Of a stretch of 64,000 nucleotides of DNA, positions 1 through 10,009 are shown in pieces. The notes under the pieces are model-generated. The model was not told the origin of the DNA. It made no database searches and worked only from the letters and a program-made list of their open reading frames with translations. The number at the start of each line of letters is the position of its first letter. The stretch's first letter is position 1. A program made the position numbers and the translations under genes. The stretch lies in assembly GCA_030150405.1 (NCBI GenBank), contig JASLFU010000039.1, positions 182 through 64,181 on the forward strand, in the 5' to 3' direction. Source of the DNA: Ignatzschineria sp. Lineage in GTDB: Bacteria; Pseudomonadota; Gammaproteobacteria; Cardiobacteriales; Wohlfahrtiimonadaceae.

Positions 1-51
1 TCTGTTTTTTTTATGCACCTCCAAGTGAAATGATTGCGCTATGTATAGGGG

Positions 52-573
52 CTATTCGGTATCACTTCTATCTACAGGGTGCTCTTCATCTCCGCTTACC
101 GTCCCGATCTTCTGCTTTAGAAAATTTAAGATCTCCAAGCCCTGTCCACTCTCCGCCTGAATCTCCACATTTAAGCTCTCTCCCGTTCGTACAAGATTGA
201 GTCGAAGATCTGGCTCAGGCAATACTCCCGCCCCCTTCTCTGGCCACTCCACAAGCCAGATCCCCTCCTCTTCCAACAAGCCCAAATCATAGAGCTCAAG
301 CGGAGATGCAAGACGATAAAGATCACTATGAAGGAGCTCCCCCACCTCGGTCTGATAGGGCTCAATTAAAGTGTAGGTCGGGCTTTTAATCGCCCCCTTT
401 ACCCCTAGCCCATGTATAAAATGGCGAGCAAATGTTGTCTTTCCTGCCCCCAATTCGCCATGAAGGTAGATTTTTGCTTCTATCTCCGAGTGTTCCAAAA
501 AGTAATGCGCTAATTCCCGGGCAAATACTTTCGTTTCATGTTCATCTTGAAAAGTTCTGATCATCTGCTTCAT
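52..573 (-). CDS. tsaE: tRNA threonylcarbamoyladenosine biosynthesis ATPase TsaE
   Basis: GELGAGKT Walker A, KSPTYTL, H(S)DLYRL and VEWPE motifs; start overlaps the MATE stop. Confidence 0.95.
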   Translation of the reverse strand: MKQMIRTFQDEHETKVFARELAHYFLEHSEIEAKIYLHGELGAGKTTFARHFIHGLGVKGAIKSPTYTLIEPYQTEVGELLHSDLYRLASPLELYDLGLLEEEGIWLVEWPEKGAGVLPEPDLRLNLVRTGESLNVEIQAESGQGLEILNFLKQKIGTVSGDEEHPVDRSDTE

Positions 574-1949
574 GCATTTACCTCACTTGGTAATCTACGG
601 GAAATAATGGCTAAACGAATATTCAGGAGAATTGCCGCACAGGTTAATCCCACAATAAGCCCAATCCAGACGCCTTCGGCCGCCATTCCCTGAGTTACCC
701 CTAAATAGTAACAGAGAGGAAAAGCGATCAGCCAATAGGAGGTTATTCCTAAAAACATCGGCACTTTAGTATCCTTCATTCCCCGCAAAATACCATTGGC
801 CGAAATCTGTAAACCATCGGGAAGTTGGAAAAAGATTGAGTAGACAATAAGCCCGGCACTCATCTGAACAATCTCAGGGTTAGTGTTAAAGAGCTGTGGA
901 ATATGGAAACGAGAGAAAAAGAGGATAAAGCTAGTCATAACCATAATACCCAAGACCGTTGTTCGCCCCATATTGCTAATACGCTTCGCCCCGCTATAAT
1001 CCTCCCGCCCCATACGCTGCCCAATAAGCGCGGTTAAGGCAATAGAGGTGCTCACCGGTATCATAAAAGTCATAGAGGTGATCGCTAAAGAGATCTGATG
1101 ACTTCCCACCACAATCGCTCCAAACTGCCCCAAAATCAGTCCTGCAGCTGAAAAGATCGCCACTTCAGCAAAGAGTGTCGCCCCATTAGGAAGGCCGATG
1201 CGCACCATCTCCCGCAGGTTATCATCCAGCCAAACCACTCGGGAGCGTTTTAAAAGATTGAGCATCTTTAACCGGGGATCGATCTGCGTAAAAAGTAGCA
1301 ACAGAATAAGCATAACCCAGAAGGTTAACCCCGTGCCCACGCCTGACCCCACGATGCCATAACTCGGGATTCCTAGAGGCTCAAAACCATGAACCAATAG
1401 ATAGTTGAGCACTGCATTCACCACAAAGCCGACAAAACTCACAAGGGTAATGGGAAGCGGCCGCGCAACTCCCTCACACAGAGAGCGCAAACTATTAAAG
1501 AGCAAGATCGCAGGGGCACCAATACTGAGCGCCCGAAGATAAGTCACGGAGGCGGGAATCAACGCTTCATCCACTCGAATTGCACGCAAAATATGTTCCG
1601 AGAGGAAATTCATAATAAAGAGCACAATCGCAATCAACACCAGCGCAATCATAACGCCGTTATGCCAAATGCCCGCCACCTTCTCATAATGCCCCCGTCC
1701 ATACTCATGAGAGCTAAAGATCGCAACACTCATTAAAACGCCCGTTGAGCAGAGAAGAAGCGGATTCCAAACCATGACTCCTAAACCTACAGAGGCCTGT
1801 ACCGCATCATCGAAATGCCCCGTAATGGCAATATCGGTCACCCCCATGCCCACCTGGAACCATTGGGTAATTAAAATGGGTAACGTTAACCAGATGAGGG
1901 CCTTAAACTCCTCTCGCCGAAAACGAAAATTTTGCAAAATTTGTGCCAC
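570..1949 (-). CDS. MATE family multidrug efflux transporter (NorM-like)
   Basis: 459 aa with about 12 hydrophobic segments; D in TM1 (VTDIAI), RIGLPNG..FAE, FQLPDGLQ..GILRG.KDT MATE motifs. Confidence 0.9.
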   Translation of the reverse strand: MAQILQNFRFRREEFKALIWLTLPILITQWFQVGMGVTDIAITGHFDDAVQASVGLGVMVWNPLLLCSTGVLMSVAIFSSHEYGRGHYEKVAGIWHNGVMIALVLIAIVLFIMNFLSEHILRAIRVDEALIPASVTYLRALSIGAPAILLFNSLRSLCEGVARPLPITLVSFVGFVVNAVLNYLLVHGFEPLGIPSYGIVGSGVGTGLTFWVMLILLLLFTQIDPRLKMLNLLKRSRVVWLDDNLREMVRIGLPNGATLFAEVAIFSAAGLILGQFGAIVVGSHQISLAITSMTFMIPVSTSIALTALIGQRMGREDYSGAKRISNMGRTTVLGIMVMTSFILFFSRFHIPQLFNTNPEIVQMSAGLIVYSIFFQLPDGLQISANGILRGMKDTKVPMFLGITSYWLIAFPLCYYLGVTQGMAAEGVWIGLIVGLTCAAILLNIRLAIISRRLPSEVNA

Positions 1950-2108
1950 GTTTTCCTCCTTATTCTGCTGCGCCCTCGATATTTAGCGCATAAAAATAGA
2001 CACGCCGAAGCTGTGCCCATCCACATCTCTCTTTTTGCAGCGTTATTCTCTTTCATCGACCAAAATCGGTCAAGCAAAAGGGCAAGATGGTGCAATAATC
2101 ACCCCAAG

Positions 2109-3923
2109 TTAAGACTCCCGAAGGGCGTTAAAGACAATCTCCGCAAGTTTCTGACTAATACCGGGAACGCGAGCAATATCTTCCACAGCTGCTTTTTTAA
2201 GTTGCTCGAGCCCTCCAAACTGAGTAAGCAATGCCACACGGCGCTTCTCTCCAATACCGGGGATATCCTCTAAAATGGAGCGGCGGCGCATCTTGTCTCG
2301 CCGTGTGCGATGCCCTTCAATGGCAAAACGGTGTGCCTCATCCCGAATTTGAGCCAAAAGATGAAACGCTGGGCTTGTAGGTGAGATGGGAATAGGCTGT
2401 TTATCCCTCAGCCAGATCACATCTTGCCCCCGATGCTTTCCCTCTCCTTCAGAGATAGAGAGTAGAAAGATCTCCTTAATCTCCAGACAATCGAGCACCT
2501 CTATCGCCACCTGCAACTGCCCTTTCCCCCCATCAATCAGGAGAATATCTGGATACGTTTCGGGCTCTTTTTTACGAAAGCGACGCGTCAAGGCCTGTCG
2601 CATTGCGCCATAATCATCCCCGGGAGTGATCCCTTCAATATTAAAGCGGCGATAATGTTTCTTACTAAAGCCCTCATCAGTATAGACCACATTTGAGGCC
2701 ACTGTACGCTCCCCAAAACTGTGGGAAATATCGAAACAATCGATCCGCTCAATCTTTTTAGGAAAGCTCAGCAGCTCCCGCAAAGCCACTAAACGATTCC
2801 CCACTGCAGCTCTTCCGGCGATCTTCACCTCTACCGACTGCTTAGCATTGCTCTCTGTCATCTCAAGCCAGCGACGCTTACGACTCCGCACACGATCGGG
2901 CCCTTGGATATCGATCTTTCGCTTAGAAAACTCCGAAAGCCCAGCCTCAAGCCATAAGCGCTCCTCATCTTCCAGAGAGATATTGAGGACTAAATTCGCC
3001 GGGGGTAGACGGTGCTCTCCATAATATTGCATCACAAAAGCACTTAAAATCTCCCCTTCCAGAGTATCTTTTGGCACCTGTGGAAAATAAGCTCGTGTCC
3101 CGAGCACTCGGCCATCACGGATGGTCATCACTTCCACCACCGTGATCTCCGCCGCTTGATAGAGCGCCATAAGATCGAGAGACTCCCCTCGTGTCTCCAT
3201 AATATTTGCGCCCTGAATCTCATTGATATATTGAATCTGATCCCGAATCTCCGCTGCTTTTTCAAATTGAAGATCTCGACTATAGAGCTGCATCTTCTCG
3301 ATTAAGGCTTGAATCAACTCCTGTGACTGCCCCGAAAGAAAGAGCATCGCGGCCTCCACATCTTCTCCATAACGCTCCCGGGAGATCTTATCGACACAGG
3401 GCGCAGAACAGCGCTGAATCTGATATTGCAAACAAGGACGGGTACGGTGATTAAAAAAGGTGTCATCACATTGACGCACTTTAAAGACCTTCTTCATCAA
3501 ATTGAGTGTTTCACGCACCGCATAAGAAGAAGGAAATGGGCCAAACATCCGCCCCCGCCGTTTACGCGCCCCCCGATAGTAGCTAAACCTAGGGAAAGGG
3601 TGGTCCGAAACATAGATATAAGGGTAGCTTTTATCATCAATAAGCCGCACGTTATAGCGGGGTTTATGCGCCTTAATCAAATTGCTCTCAAGAAGAAGCG
3701 CCCCATTTTCCGTATCGGTGATGGTGGTCTCAATAGAGGCGATATTCGCCACAAGCGCAGCCGTTTTCGGGGGAAGGTTTTTCGTTTTAAAGTAACTGCT
3801 TAAACGATTTTTAAGATTTTTTGCCTTCCCTACATAGATCACTTCCCCACTTGCATCATGCATAACATAGACGCCCGGCTCCGTAGAAACCGTTTTCAGA
3901 AAATCATCGGGATTAAACTGCAT
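2109..3923 (-). CDS. uvrC: Excinuclease ABC subunit C
   Basis: GIY-YIG N-terminus (PGVY..IYVGKAKNL), Cys cluster, FDISH, IDGGKGQ, RDEAHRFA, C-terminal HhH. Confidence 0.97.
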   Translation of the reverse strand: MQFNPDDFLKTVSTEPGVYVMHDASGEVIYVGKAKNLKNRLSSYFKTKNLPPKTAALVANIASIETTITDTENGALLLESNLIKAHKPRYNVRLIDDKSYPYIYVSDHPFPRFSYYRGARKRRGRMFGPFPSSYAVRETLNLMKKVFKVRQCDDTFFNHRTRPCLQYQIQRCSAPCVDKISRERYGEDVEAAMLFLSGQSQELIQALIEKMQLYSRDLQFEKAAEIRDQIQYINEIQGANIMETRGESLDLMALYQAAEITVVEVMTIRDGRVLGTRAYFPQVPKDTLEGEILSAFVMQYYGEHRLPPANLVLNISLEDEERLWLEAGLSEFSKRKIDIQGPDRVRSRKRRWLEMTESNAKQSVEVKIAGRAAVGNRLVALRELLSFPKKIERIDCFDISHSFGERTVASNVVYTDEGFSKKHYRRFNIEGITPGDDYGAMRQALTRRFRKKEPETYPDILLIDGGKGQLQVAIEVLDCLEIKEIFLLSISEGEGKHRGQDVIWLRDKQPIPISPTSPAFHLLAQIRDEAHRFAIEGHRTRRDKMRRRSILEDIPGIGEKRRVALLTQFGGLEQLKKAAVEDIARVPGISQKLAEIVFNALRES

Positions 3924-4113
3924 AGCGCTCCTTTTCGTCTACTCTTATTGATGAGGGAAAGAAGGGCATATCATAGCACTTTAAGGGAGTTTTGCGGATC
4001 TATCGCTCATCACTTCTTCTGACATCTCCCCCCTTTCAAGCTAAAATGAAGCCCTTATTTTATAGAGTTTCTCTTTTTAAACTTGCTAGCCCATTATTGA
4101 TAAGGAGCGCAAC

Positions 4114-4554
4114 TTGAAAGCAAAAACCGATCTGCATGAAATTTTACAATCACTCGAGCCTCTTCTCCATCCCGAGCCCTATGTTTTTGTCACTCTCCCC
4201 ACACAATCCCTTCTTCAGGTAATGGGCTATGAGCCGTTAGGGCTCTTTCAGGAAAAAGAGGGCACAACGCTTATCCTTCATAAAGAGGTGGCAAAGAGCA
4301 ACGGGCTTAAATATGGTATTGAATATCGCAAGATTACGCTTAATGTTCATTCAAGCTTAGAGAGCGTAGGTGTTACCGCGATTGTAACGAGCACCCTGGC
4401 AAAAGCAGGCATCGGCTGCAATGTTTGGGCCGGTTTTTATCATGATCATCTCTTTATTCGGCAAGAGGATGCAAAAACAGCTTTAGAGATTCTCCGCAAC
4501 CTACAACAGAGCATGAAGAGCTTGGGGGATGAGCGGCTAAAAACATTACATTAA
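4114..4554 (+). CDS. ACT domain-containing protein (DUF2241-like)
   Basis: L.P.L..E.YVF, ITLNVHSSLE.VG.TA and GFYHDHLF motifs; TTG start with AGGAG upstream. Confidence 0.75.
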   Translation: MKAKTDLHEILQSLEPLLHPEPYVFVTLPTQSLLQVMGYEPLGLFQEKEGTTLILHKEVAKSNGLKYGIEYRKITLNVHSSLESVGVTAIVTSTLAKAGIGCNVWAGFYHDHLFIRQEDAKTALEILRNLQQSMKSLGDERLKTLH

Positions 4555-4723
4555 TCGAAAAACGATGGGCAGATAGGCGATACCGTAAATATATCTAATG
4601 CCCACAGCTGCAGCCTCTCTAAAATTAGCATCATGCATCCCTTAAATTAAGAGCTTCATACTAAAGTATAATCATGCAAGCAGGGGCATTTTGCATTTAA
4701 CATGGGTGATGAAGGAGAATTTA

Positions 4724-5977
4724 ATGAAAGTAATTATTGTCGGCGCCGGAATTGTAGGCCTTACCTCCGCATGGTATCTCCATAAGGCGGGATATCATGT
4801 TACGCTCTTAGAGAAAGAGTCCGCCGCAACAATGCGCGAGAAGAGCGAAAGCGGCCTCTTCTCCATCCCCCATACCCAGCCCTTTAATCACCCAGGTATT
4901 TTTACAAAATTTTGGCAAGGATTTGCCGCCTCCGCTCCAGCTTTTAAAATAAGAGCTGACTTTAGTATCCATCAGACTCGCTGGGGCATTGAGGCGCTAA
5001 AGCAATCGAGCGCAGAGAATTACGCACAAAACCGATTTCGCCTCTTCAATCTTGCTAAGCTCTCTCGTGGAGCGCTCTATGAGATTCTCGCTGAACATGA
5101 GATCACCTTCACTCATCAACAAAGCGGGGCTCTTCAAATTTGTGAAAATGAGGCTGCGCTCTCGGCCGCCGCAACCCAAAAAGCACTGCTTAAACAACAT
5201 GAGATTGAGGCTACACTCTTAACTCCGGAAGAGGTGGTAGAGCATGAGCCTGCCCTCAAATCCGCTACAAAACCGATCGCTGGAGGATTACTCTTTAATA
5301 ATGAAGAGATTGGGGATAGCCAACAACTATGCGCAGCACTTACTAAGATTTTGCAAGGATTTGGGGTGGAGTTTATCTACAATTGTGAAGTAGAGCGTAT
5401 CTTAACCGAGGAGAGTAGCGGCCAGATTCGTGCAATAACGAGCGGGGAGTATTTTTATCAGGCCGATCAATACCTCTTCACCACAGGAGCCAAAAACCCA
5501 ACACTCTTTAAAGATCTCTTTCCTCTTCCGATCTATCCCGTAAAAGGGTATCGGCTCATCTATCCCCTTTCCCCCTCCTTAGAGACGCTCCGCTCTGCGC
5601 TTGTTGATCCTAAACAGAATATCACGCTAACTCGGCTCAAAGATCGGCTCTATGTTAGCGGTTATCATGGCATTGAGGGCTTTAATGCCACGCAAAATCC
5701 CCGGGAGATCACTCCACTTAAAGAGATGGTTCGTGCCTGGCTTCCTCATATAGAAACCCAAGAGCCCCTGGAGCAGCGCCTCTTTTTCCGCCCGACAACG
5801 CCCGATGGTACTCCCATTATTAGTGCCACCCAAAGCCCTAATCTCTTTCTAAATATGGGCCATGGCGATTTTAAAGCGATGCTAAGTAGTGGCTCTGCAA
5901 AACTAATCGCAGAGATTATGCAAGCTCGCCCCACTTCGCTCAACAGTTATGATTATGCGCTCAGTCGCCGCCTTTAG
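4724..5977 (+). CDS. FAD-dependent oxidoreductase, D-amino acid dehydrogenase (DadA)-like
   Basis: VGAGIVG dinucleotide motif, PIYPVKGY, RPTTPDGTP, N.GHG; ATG 4724 follows AAGGAG. Confidence 0.8.
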   Translation: MKVIIVGAGIVGLTSAWYLHKAGYHVTLLEKESAATMREKSESGLFSIPHTQPFNHPGIFTKFWQGFAASAPAFKIRADFSIHQTRWGIEALKQSSAENYAQNRFRLFNLAKLSRGALYEILAEHEITFTHQQSGALQICENEAALSAAATQKALLKQHEIEATLLTPEEVVEHEPALKSATKPIAGGLLFNNEEIGDSQQLCAALTKILQGFGVEFIYNCEVERILTEESSGQIRAITSGEYFYQADQYLFTTGAKNPTLFKDLFPLPIYPVKGYRLIYPLSPSLETLRSALVDPKQNITLTRLKDRLYVSGYHGIEGFNATQNPREITPLKEMVRAWLPHIETQEPLEQRLFFRPTTPDGTPIISATQSPNLFLNMGHGDFKAMLSSGSAKLIAEIMQARPTSLNSYDYALSRRL

Positions 5978-6109
5978 CCTCCCCCTTTCCCTCGCATTTA
6001 CCGAGCATTTGAACATAAAAAAGCCGTTTAACTAAAAAGAGAGTGTTTCTCGTTAAACGGCGGCTATCTTCGATAGTTTATTCAACTATTTATGCAAAAT
6101 ACTCACACA

Positions 6110-7888
6110 TTATAGTCCTACAGATTGTAACCACATCTCTAACACCGCAGCATGCCACAATTTAGAGCCCTGGATATTTGTAAAGCTCGAAGGGGCTTCT
6201 GGGTTTGCGATAAGATCGGCGATATAGTTCTCATTAAAGATCCCACGGGACTTGGCTTTTTCGCTCATAAGCAGATCCCGCATCATCTCTAAAAACTCCC
6301 CTCGGACATATTTTAATGCCGGCATTGGGAAATAGGCTTTCGGGCGATCGATAATCGCATCCGGAACACGTCCACGGGCGATATCTTTTAAGATCCCCTT
6401 CCCTTCATGCATAAGTTTATACTCTGGCGGCATCGCCATCGCTAGCTCCACCAAGGTTTTATCCATAAAGGGCATTCGCGCCTCTAAGCCGTGAGCCATC
6501 GTCATATTATCTACACGTTTTACCGGATCATCCACAATTAAGGTGGTGATATCTAAACGTAAAACCTTATCTAAAAAGGTCTCTGCCCCGGGGGCTGTTA
6601 AACGATCCCGAATAAAGTCTCCAGTAATATCGGAGGTGTGGTATTGCGCCTGGAAAGCTTCGAGCCACTCATGATGAGGGCGATCAAAATAGTATTGTGA
6701 GAATCGTTTTAAAGGATCTTGCTCCTGGCTTTCCACCATCTTTGGATACCAGAAATAACCAGCAAAAAGCTCATCAGCCCCTTGTCCGCTCTGCACAACG
6801 CTAGTAGCGCTCTTCACCTTTTCAGAGAGAAGATAAAAACCGATTGCATCCTGCCCAAAGAGCGGTTCACTCATATTTTGAATGGCCTCAGGAAGGCGGG
6901 TTAATGCCTGCTCATTCGGCACCTGAAATTTATGGTGATCGGTCTGATACTTCGCTACAAACTGATCAGAAAAGCGAAATTCCGAGCCCTCCTCTTCGGG
7001 GGAATCCTCAAATCCTACGGAAAAGGTCTGAATATCCTCATACCCCTGCTCAATAGCGAGTGCAGTAATGAGCGTAGAGTCTAACCCTCCAGAGAGCAGC
7101 ATCCCAACTTTATCATTGCTAAAGTTCATCTGCTTCGTCACCGCTGATGTTAAGGCGGCCTCAATCGCCTCCTTCCACTCTTCATACCCTAGCTCAGGGC
7201 GGGTACGCTCCGCGATTAAATTCCAGTAACGGCGCTCGGTAATTTTACCATCCTTTTCCACCGTTAAAATATGAGCTGGCTGAACCTTACGAATACCCTC
7301 TAAAATCGTGTAAGGAGCCGGCACTACCGCATGGAGAGTATACATAAAGTGAAGTGCGGCAGGATCGAGCTCAGTATTGATATCTTGAGTGGTCAATAGA
7401 CTCTGAGTATTTGAAGCAAAGTAGAACGCCTCCCCCTTCACCCCTTGGGCATAGTAGAGAGGCTTTACCCCAAAGCGATCGCGAACCAGCACAAGGCGCT
7501 CCTTTGTAGAGTCCCAGATCGCAATGGCAAAGGTTCCATCGAGTTCATTTGCAAAGGCATCCCCCCATCGGTGATACGCCTTTGTGACCACCTCTGCCTC
7601 ATCTTGAGTATGAAAGCGATAACCCTCATCAATAAGACGTTCCCGCAAAGCATCTTGATTATAGATAACGCCATTTAAGGTCAATATCAGCCCGAGAGGA
7701 TCATCCTTAAAGGGCTCTTCCCGCCCCTCAATCGTGGCTAAATGGGTATGCAAAAGTCCTGCCATTTTATCAAAGGCAAAACGTGTTCCATCGGGGCCCC
7801 GCTTTTGCAAAGGCTCCGCCATCTTCTGAAGTAAACCCTCATCAACAGCTTTTCCGTTTAGTTGTAATACCCCTGCAATACCACTCAT
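6110..7888 (-). CDS. Asparagine-synthase-family amidotransferase, N-acetylglutaminylglutamine (NAGGN) amidotransferase-like, with Ser at the Ntn nucleophile position
   Basis: RDRFGVKPLY, LSGGLDS, SGQGADE, VDDPVKRVDNMTMAHGLEAR.PF and GSKLW motifs; ATG 7888 follows AGGAG and gives MSGIAG. Confidence 0.8.
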   Translation of the reverse strand: MSGIAGVLQLNGKAVDEGLLQKMAEPLQKRGPDGTRFAFDKMAGLLHTHLATIEGREEPFKDDPLGLILTLNGVIYNQDALRERLIDEGYRFHTQDEAEVVTKAYHRWGDAFANELDGTFAIAIWDSTKERLVLVRDRFGVKPLYYAQGVKGEAFYFASNTQSLLTTQDINTELDPAALHFMYTLHAVVPAPYTILEGIRKVQPAHILTVEKDGKITERRYWNLIAERTRPELGYEEWKEAIEAALTSAVTKQMNFSNDKVGMLLSGGLDSTLITALAIEQGYEDIQTFSVGFEDSPEEEGSEFRFSDQFVAKYQTDHHKFQVPNEQALTRLPEAIQNMSEPLFGQDAIGFYLLSEKVKSATSVVQSGQGADELFAGYFWYPKMVESQEQDPLKRFSQYYFDRPHHEWLEAFQAQYHTSDITGDFIRDRLTAPGAETFLDKVLRLDITTLIVDDPVKRVDNMTMAHGLEARMPFMDKTLVELAMAMPPEYKLMHEGKGILKDIARGRVPDAIIDRPKAYFPMPALKYVRGEFLEMMRDLLMSEKAKSRGIFNENYIADLIANPEAPSSFTNIQGSKLWHAAVLEMWLQSVGL

Positions 7889-8000
7889 TTTTGCTCCTTT
7901 TGCCAATATTGGCGCTCGCGTTCGCTTCTTTTATTCAATCGATTATTGGTATCTCAATAATGTTATTCGATGTTTTATTCAATGTTTGTTTAGGATCGCT

Positions 8001-8318
8001 CTAAAGCATAAAGCTCTCGCCACATCCACACTCCCCCTTTGCTGCGGGGTTGCTAAATTTAAACATCCGATTTAAACCATCTTGAATATAATCGAGCGTT
8101 ACATTCTCTAAAAAGGGGAGGGTCTCCTCCTCTGTCACCACTAAAACGGGATCTTCTTCGAGCGTTACGACACTCTCATCCACCTTTTGGCAAAGATCGA
8201 TGTAATACATATACCCCGAACAACCTGACTTTTTAAGGGCAATGCGAATCGCCTCAGCATCCGTTTCGCTTAAGTTTTTTTGAAGTTGCGCCTTTGCGGC
8301 TTCCGTCATCGTAAACAT
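8001..8318 (-). CDS. Iron-sulfur cluster assembly accessory protein (HesB/IscA/SufA family)
   Basis: GCSG.MY and NP....CGCGESF motifs. Confidence 0.9.
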   Translation of the reverse strand: MFTMTEAAKAQLQKNLSETDAEAIRIALKKSGCSGYMYYIDLCQKVDESVVTLEEDPVLVVTEEETLPFLENVTLDYIQDGLNRMFKFSNPAAKGECGCGESFML

Positions 8319-8444
8319 TACTCTCTCCTTCTTGTTTTTCGGAATTTAAAGGATAAAAACCCACACTTTAAACGCCCGAAATGAATATAGGACAATTTTA
8401 GTCCCATATTACAGAAATAGCGCTAAATTTGCGAAAATCGCACC

Positions 8445-9206
8445 TTATTCATGCTTTTTGCTACTTAAATTGGTGATATCCACATAGACCTCTCCATCCC
8501 CTTGAAGATTTTTAAGATCAGAGAGGGAGCCTTCGGCATAGATCACATCAAAAGGAATATGGTAAAACTCTCCATCATAAAGGGACTCTGCATGCGCCTT
8601 CCAACGGTTCAGCCACCCTTCTGTCCGCAAGCCTTTAAAGGGCTCAAACGGTCTTCCTGCCACCACTCGAGCATCATTGAGGAGGGTGTCGAGCTTTTCA
8701 TAGGTTAGGTTAATTTTTTCTATAAAGAGCACCGAATCTTTAAACCCTAGCGCATGCATATAGTTGCCGATATCTTCAATATCCGGAAATTCATTCATCG
8801 CAATGCCATCTTCAAAGGTAAGATTCTCAAAACTTTCCACCCCAATCGTGGTAAAAAAGAGGCGGCCATGGGCATTTAGGCGAATCTGATAATCTCGCAC
8901 TCGCTCCTCAAACTCCCATATATCTTGAAGCAGGAGATTACTCACAATAAGATCAAAACGTACTGCAGGATTATCCTCAACACTCTCAATATTTTCGACT
9001 ATCTCCGCCTCGGGATAACGCTTTTGTAGTAGCTCGGTGAAGTAATGATCAAATGCCCCATCATTTAAAATTCGCTTTGGCTGATGATCCTCATTTAAAT
9101 AATCGACCATGCGCCGTGCAATCTCATGGTGTAAAAAGGCATGATCGGCATATTTCCCCCGATGATGTAGTAAGTAATTCCGGCTCTTAAATTTTGCTGC
9201 ACTCAT
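8445..9206 (-). CDS. BioC-like SAM-methyltransferase-fold protein (divergent)
   Basis: EIARRM, FDLIVSNL, F.D..DIG..M...GF.D.V BioC-like motifs; glycine-rich SAM motif is degenerate. Confidence 0.6.
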   Translation of the reverse strand: MSAAKFKSRNYLLHHRGKYADHAFLHHEIARRMVDYLNEDHQPKRILNDGAFDHYFTELLQKRYPEAEIVENIESVEDNPAVRFDLIVSNLLLQDIWEFEERVRDYQIRLNAHGRLFFTTIGVESFENLTFEDGIAMNEFPDIEDIGNYMHALGFKDSVLFIEKINLTYEKLDTLLNDARVVAGRPFEPFKGLRTEGWLNRWKAHAESLYDGEFYHIPFDVIYAEGSLSDLKNLQGDGEVYVDITNLSSKKHE

Positions 9207-9483
9207 GATACTTCTCTGCGGTTTTCCGCACTCCTTCTAAAAAAGGGCTGACTAAGAGATCGCCTCGAAGTGATTAAATATTGCGATCTAGTTTACCACT
9301 CTTTCCAAACCTTTCGCCCGCAAAAATGGATTCCTCCCTATTTTAACGCGCCTTTGAACTGCCCTACACCGCCACCTCTAAAAGAGGTATAATCGCTCCT
9401 TAATGATCGATAACAATGAATTATATTTTACGCCCCAAGGGCGCAACCAAAAGAGGAAGCTAATTTAAGCTAAAAGCAGAGAT

Positions 9484-10002
9484 ATGAGTGAATCAACCGC
9501 AGTCTATCCCGGCACGTTTGACCCTATTACCAATGGGCATTCTGATATTATTTTTCGTGCAGCCCGCATCTTTCCTAAATTAATTGTGGCTGTCGCCAAA
9601 ATTACCGGCCCTTCTAAAAAGCCACTTTTTACCTTTGAAGAGCGGGTAGATATGGCAAAAGAGATCTTTAAAGGGCATGAGAATATTGAAGTAATCGGCT
9701 TTAATGACCTTCTCGCCCGATTTATGACAGAGATTAATTCCAAAGTTTTAGTGCGCGGGCTTCGGGCTGTATCGGACTTTGAGTATGAATTTCAGATGGC
9801 CTCCCTTAATCGACATCTTAACCCCGATATTGAGACGATCTTTCTCACCCCGAGTGACAAATACTCCTTTGTCTCTTCTACGATGGTGCGAGAGGCCTCA
9901 ATGCTTGGTGGTGATGTGAGCGCGATTGTTCACCCTTATGTAGATGCAGCCCTTAAAGAGAAGCGCCAACTTCGTACTAAAGCTCAATCTTCCCCAGCAT
10001 AA
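9484..10002 (+). CDS. coaD: Phosphopantetheine adenylyltransferase
   Basis: YPGTFDPITNGH, RGLRAVSDFEYE, SST.VRE. Confidence 0.97.
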   Translation: MSESTAVYPGTFDPITNGHSDIIFRAARIFPKLIVAVAKITGPSKKPLFTFEERVDMAKEIFKGHENIEVIGFNDLLARFMTEINSKVLVRGLRAVSDFEYEFQMASLNRHLNPDIETIFLTPSDKYSFVSSTMVREASMLGGDVSAIVHPYVDAALKEKRQLRTKAQSSPA

Positions 10003-10009
10003 AACGCCG

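Noticed and set aside
7930..7990. Short TTATTC(A/G)AT repeats upstream of the amidotransferase
   Set aside because: Low-complexity AT-rich sequence with irregular spacing; not distinguishable from chance
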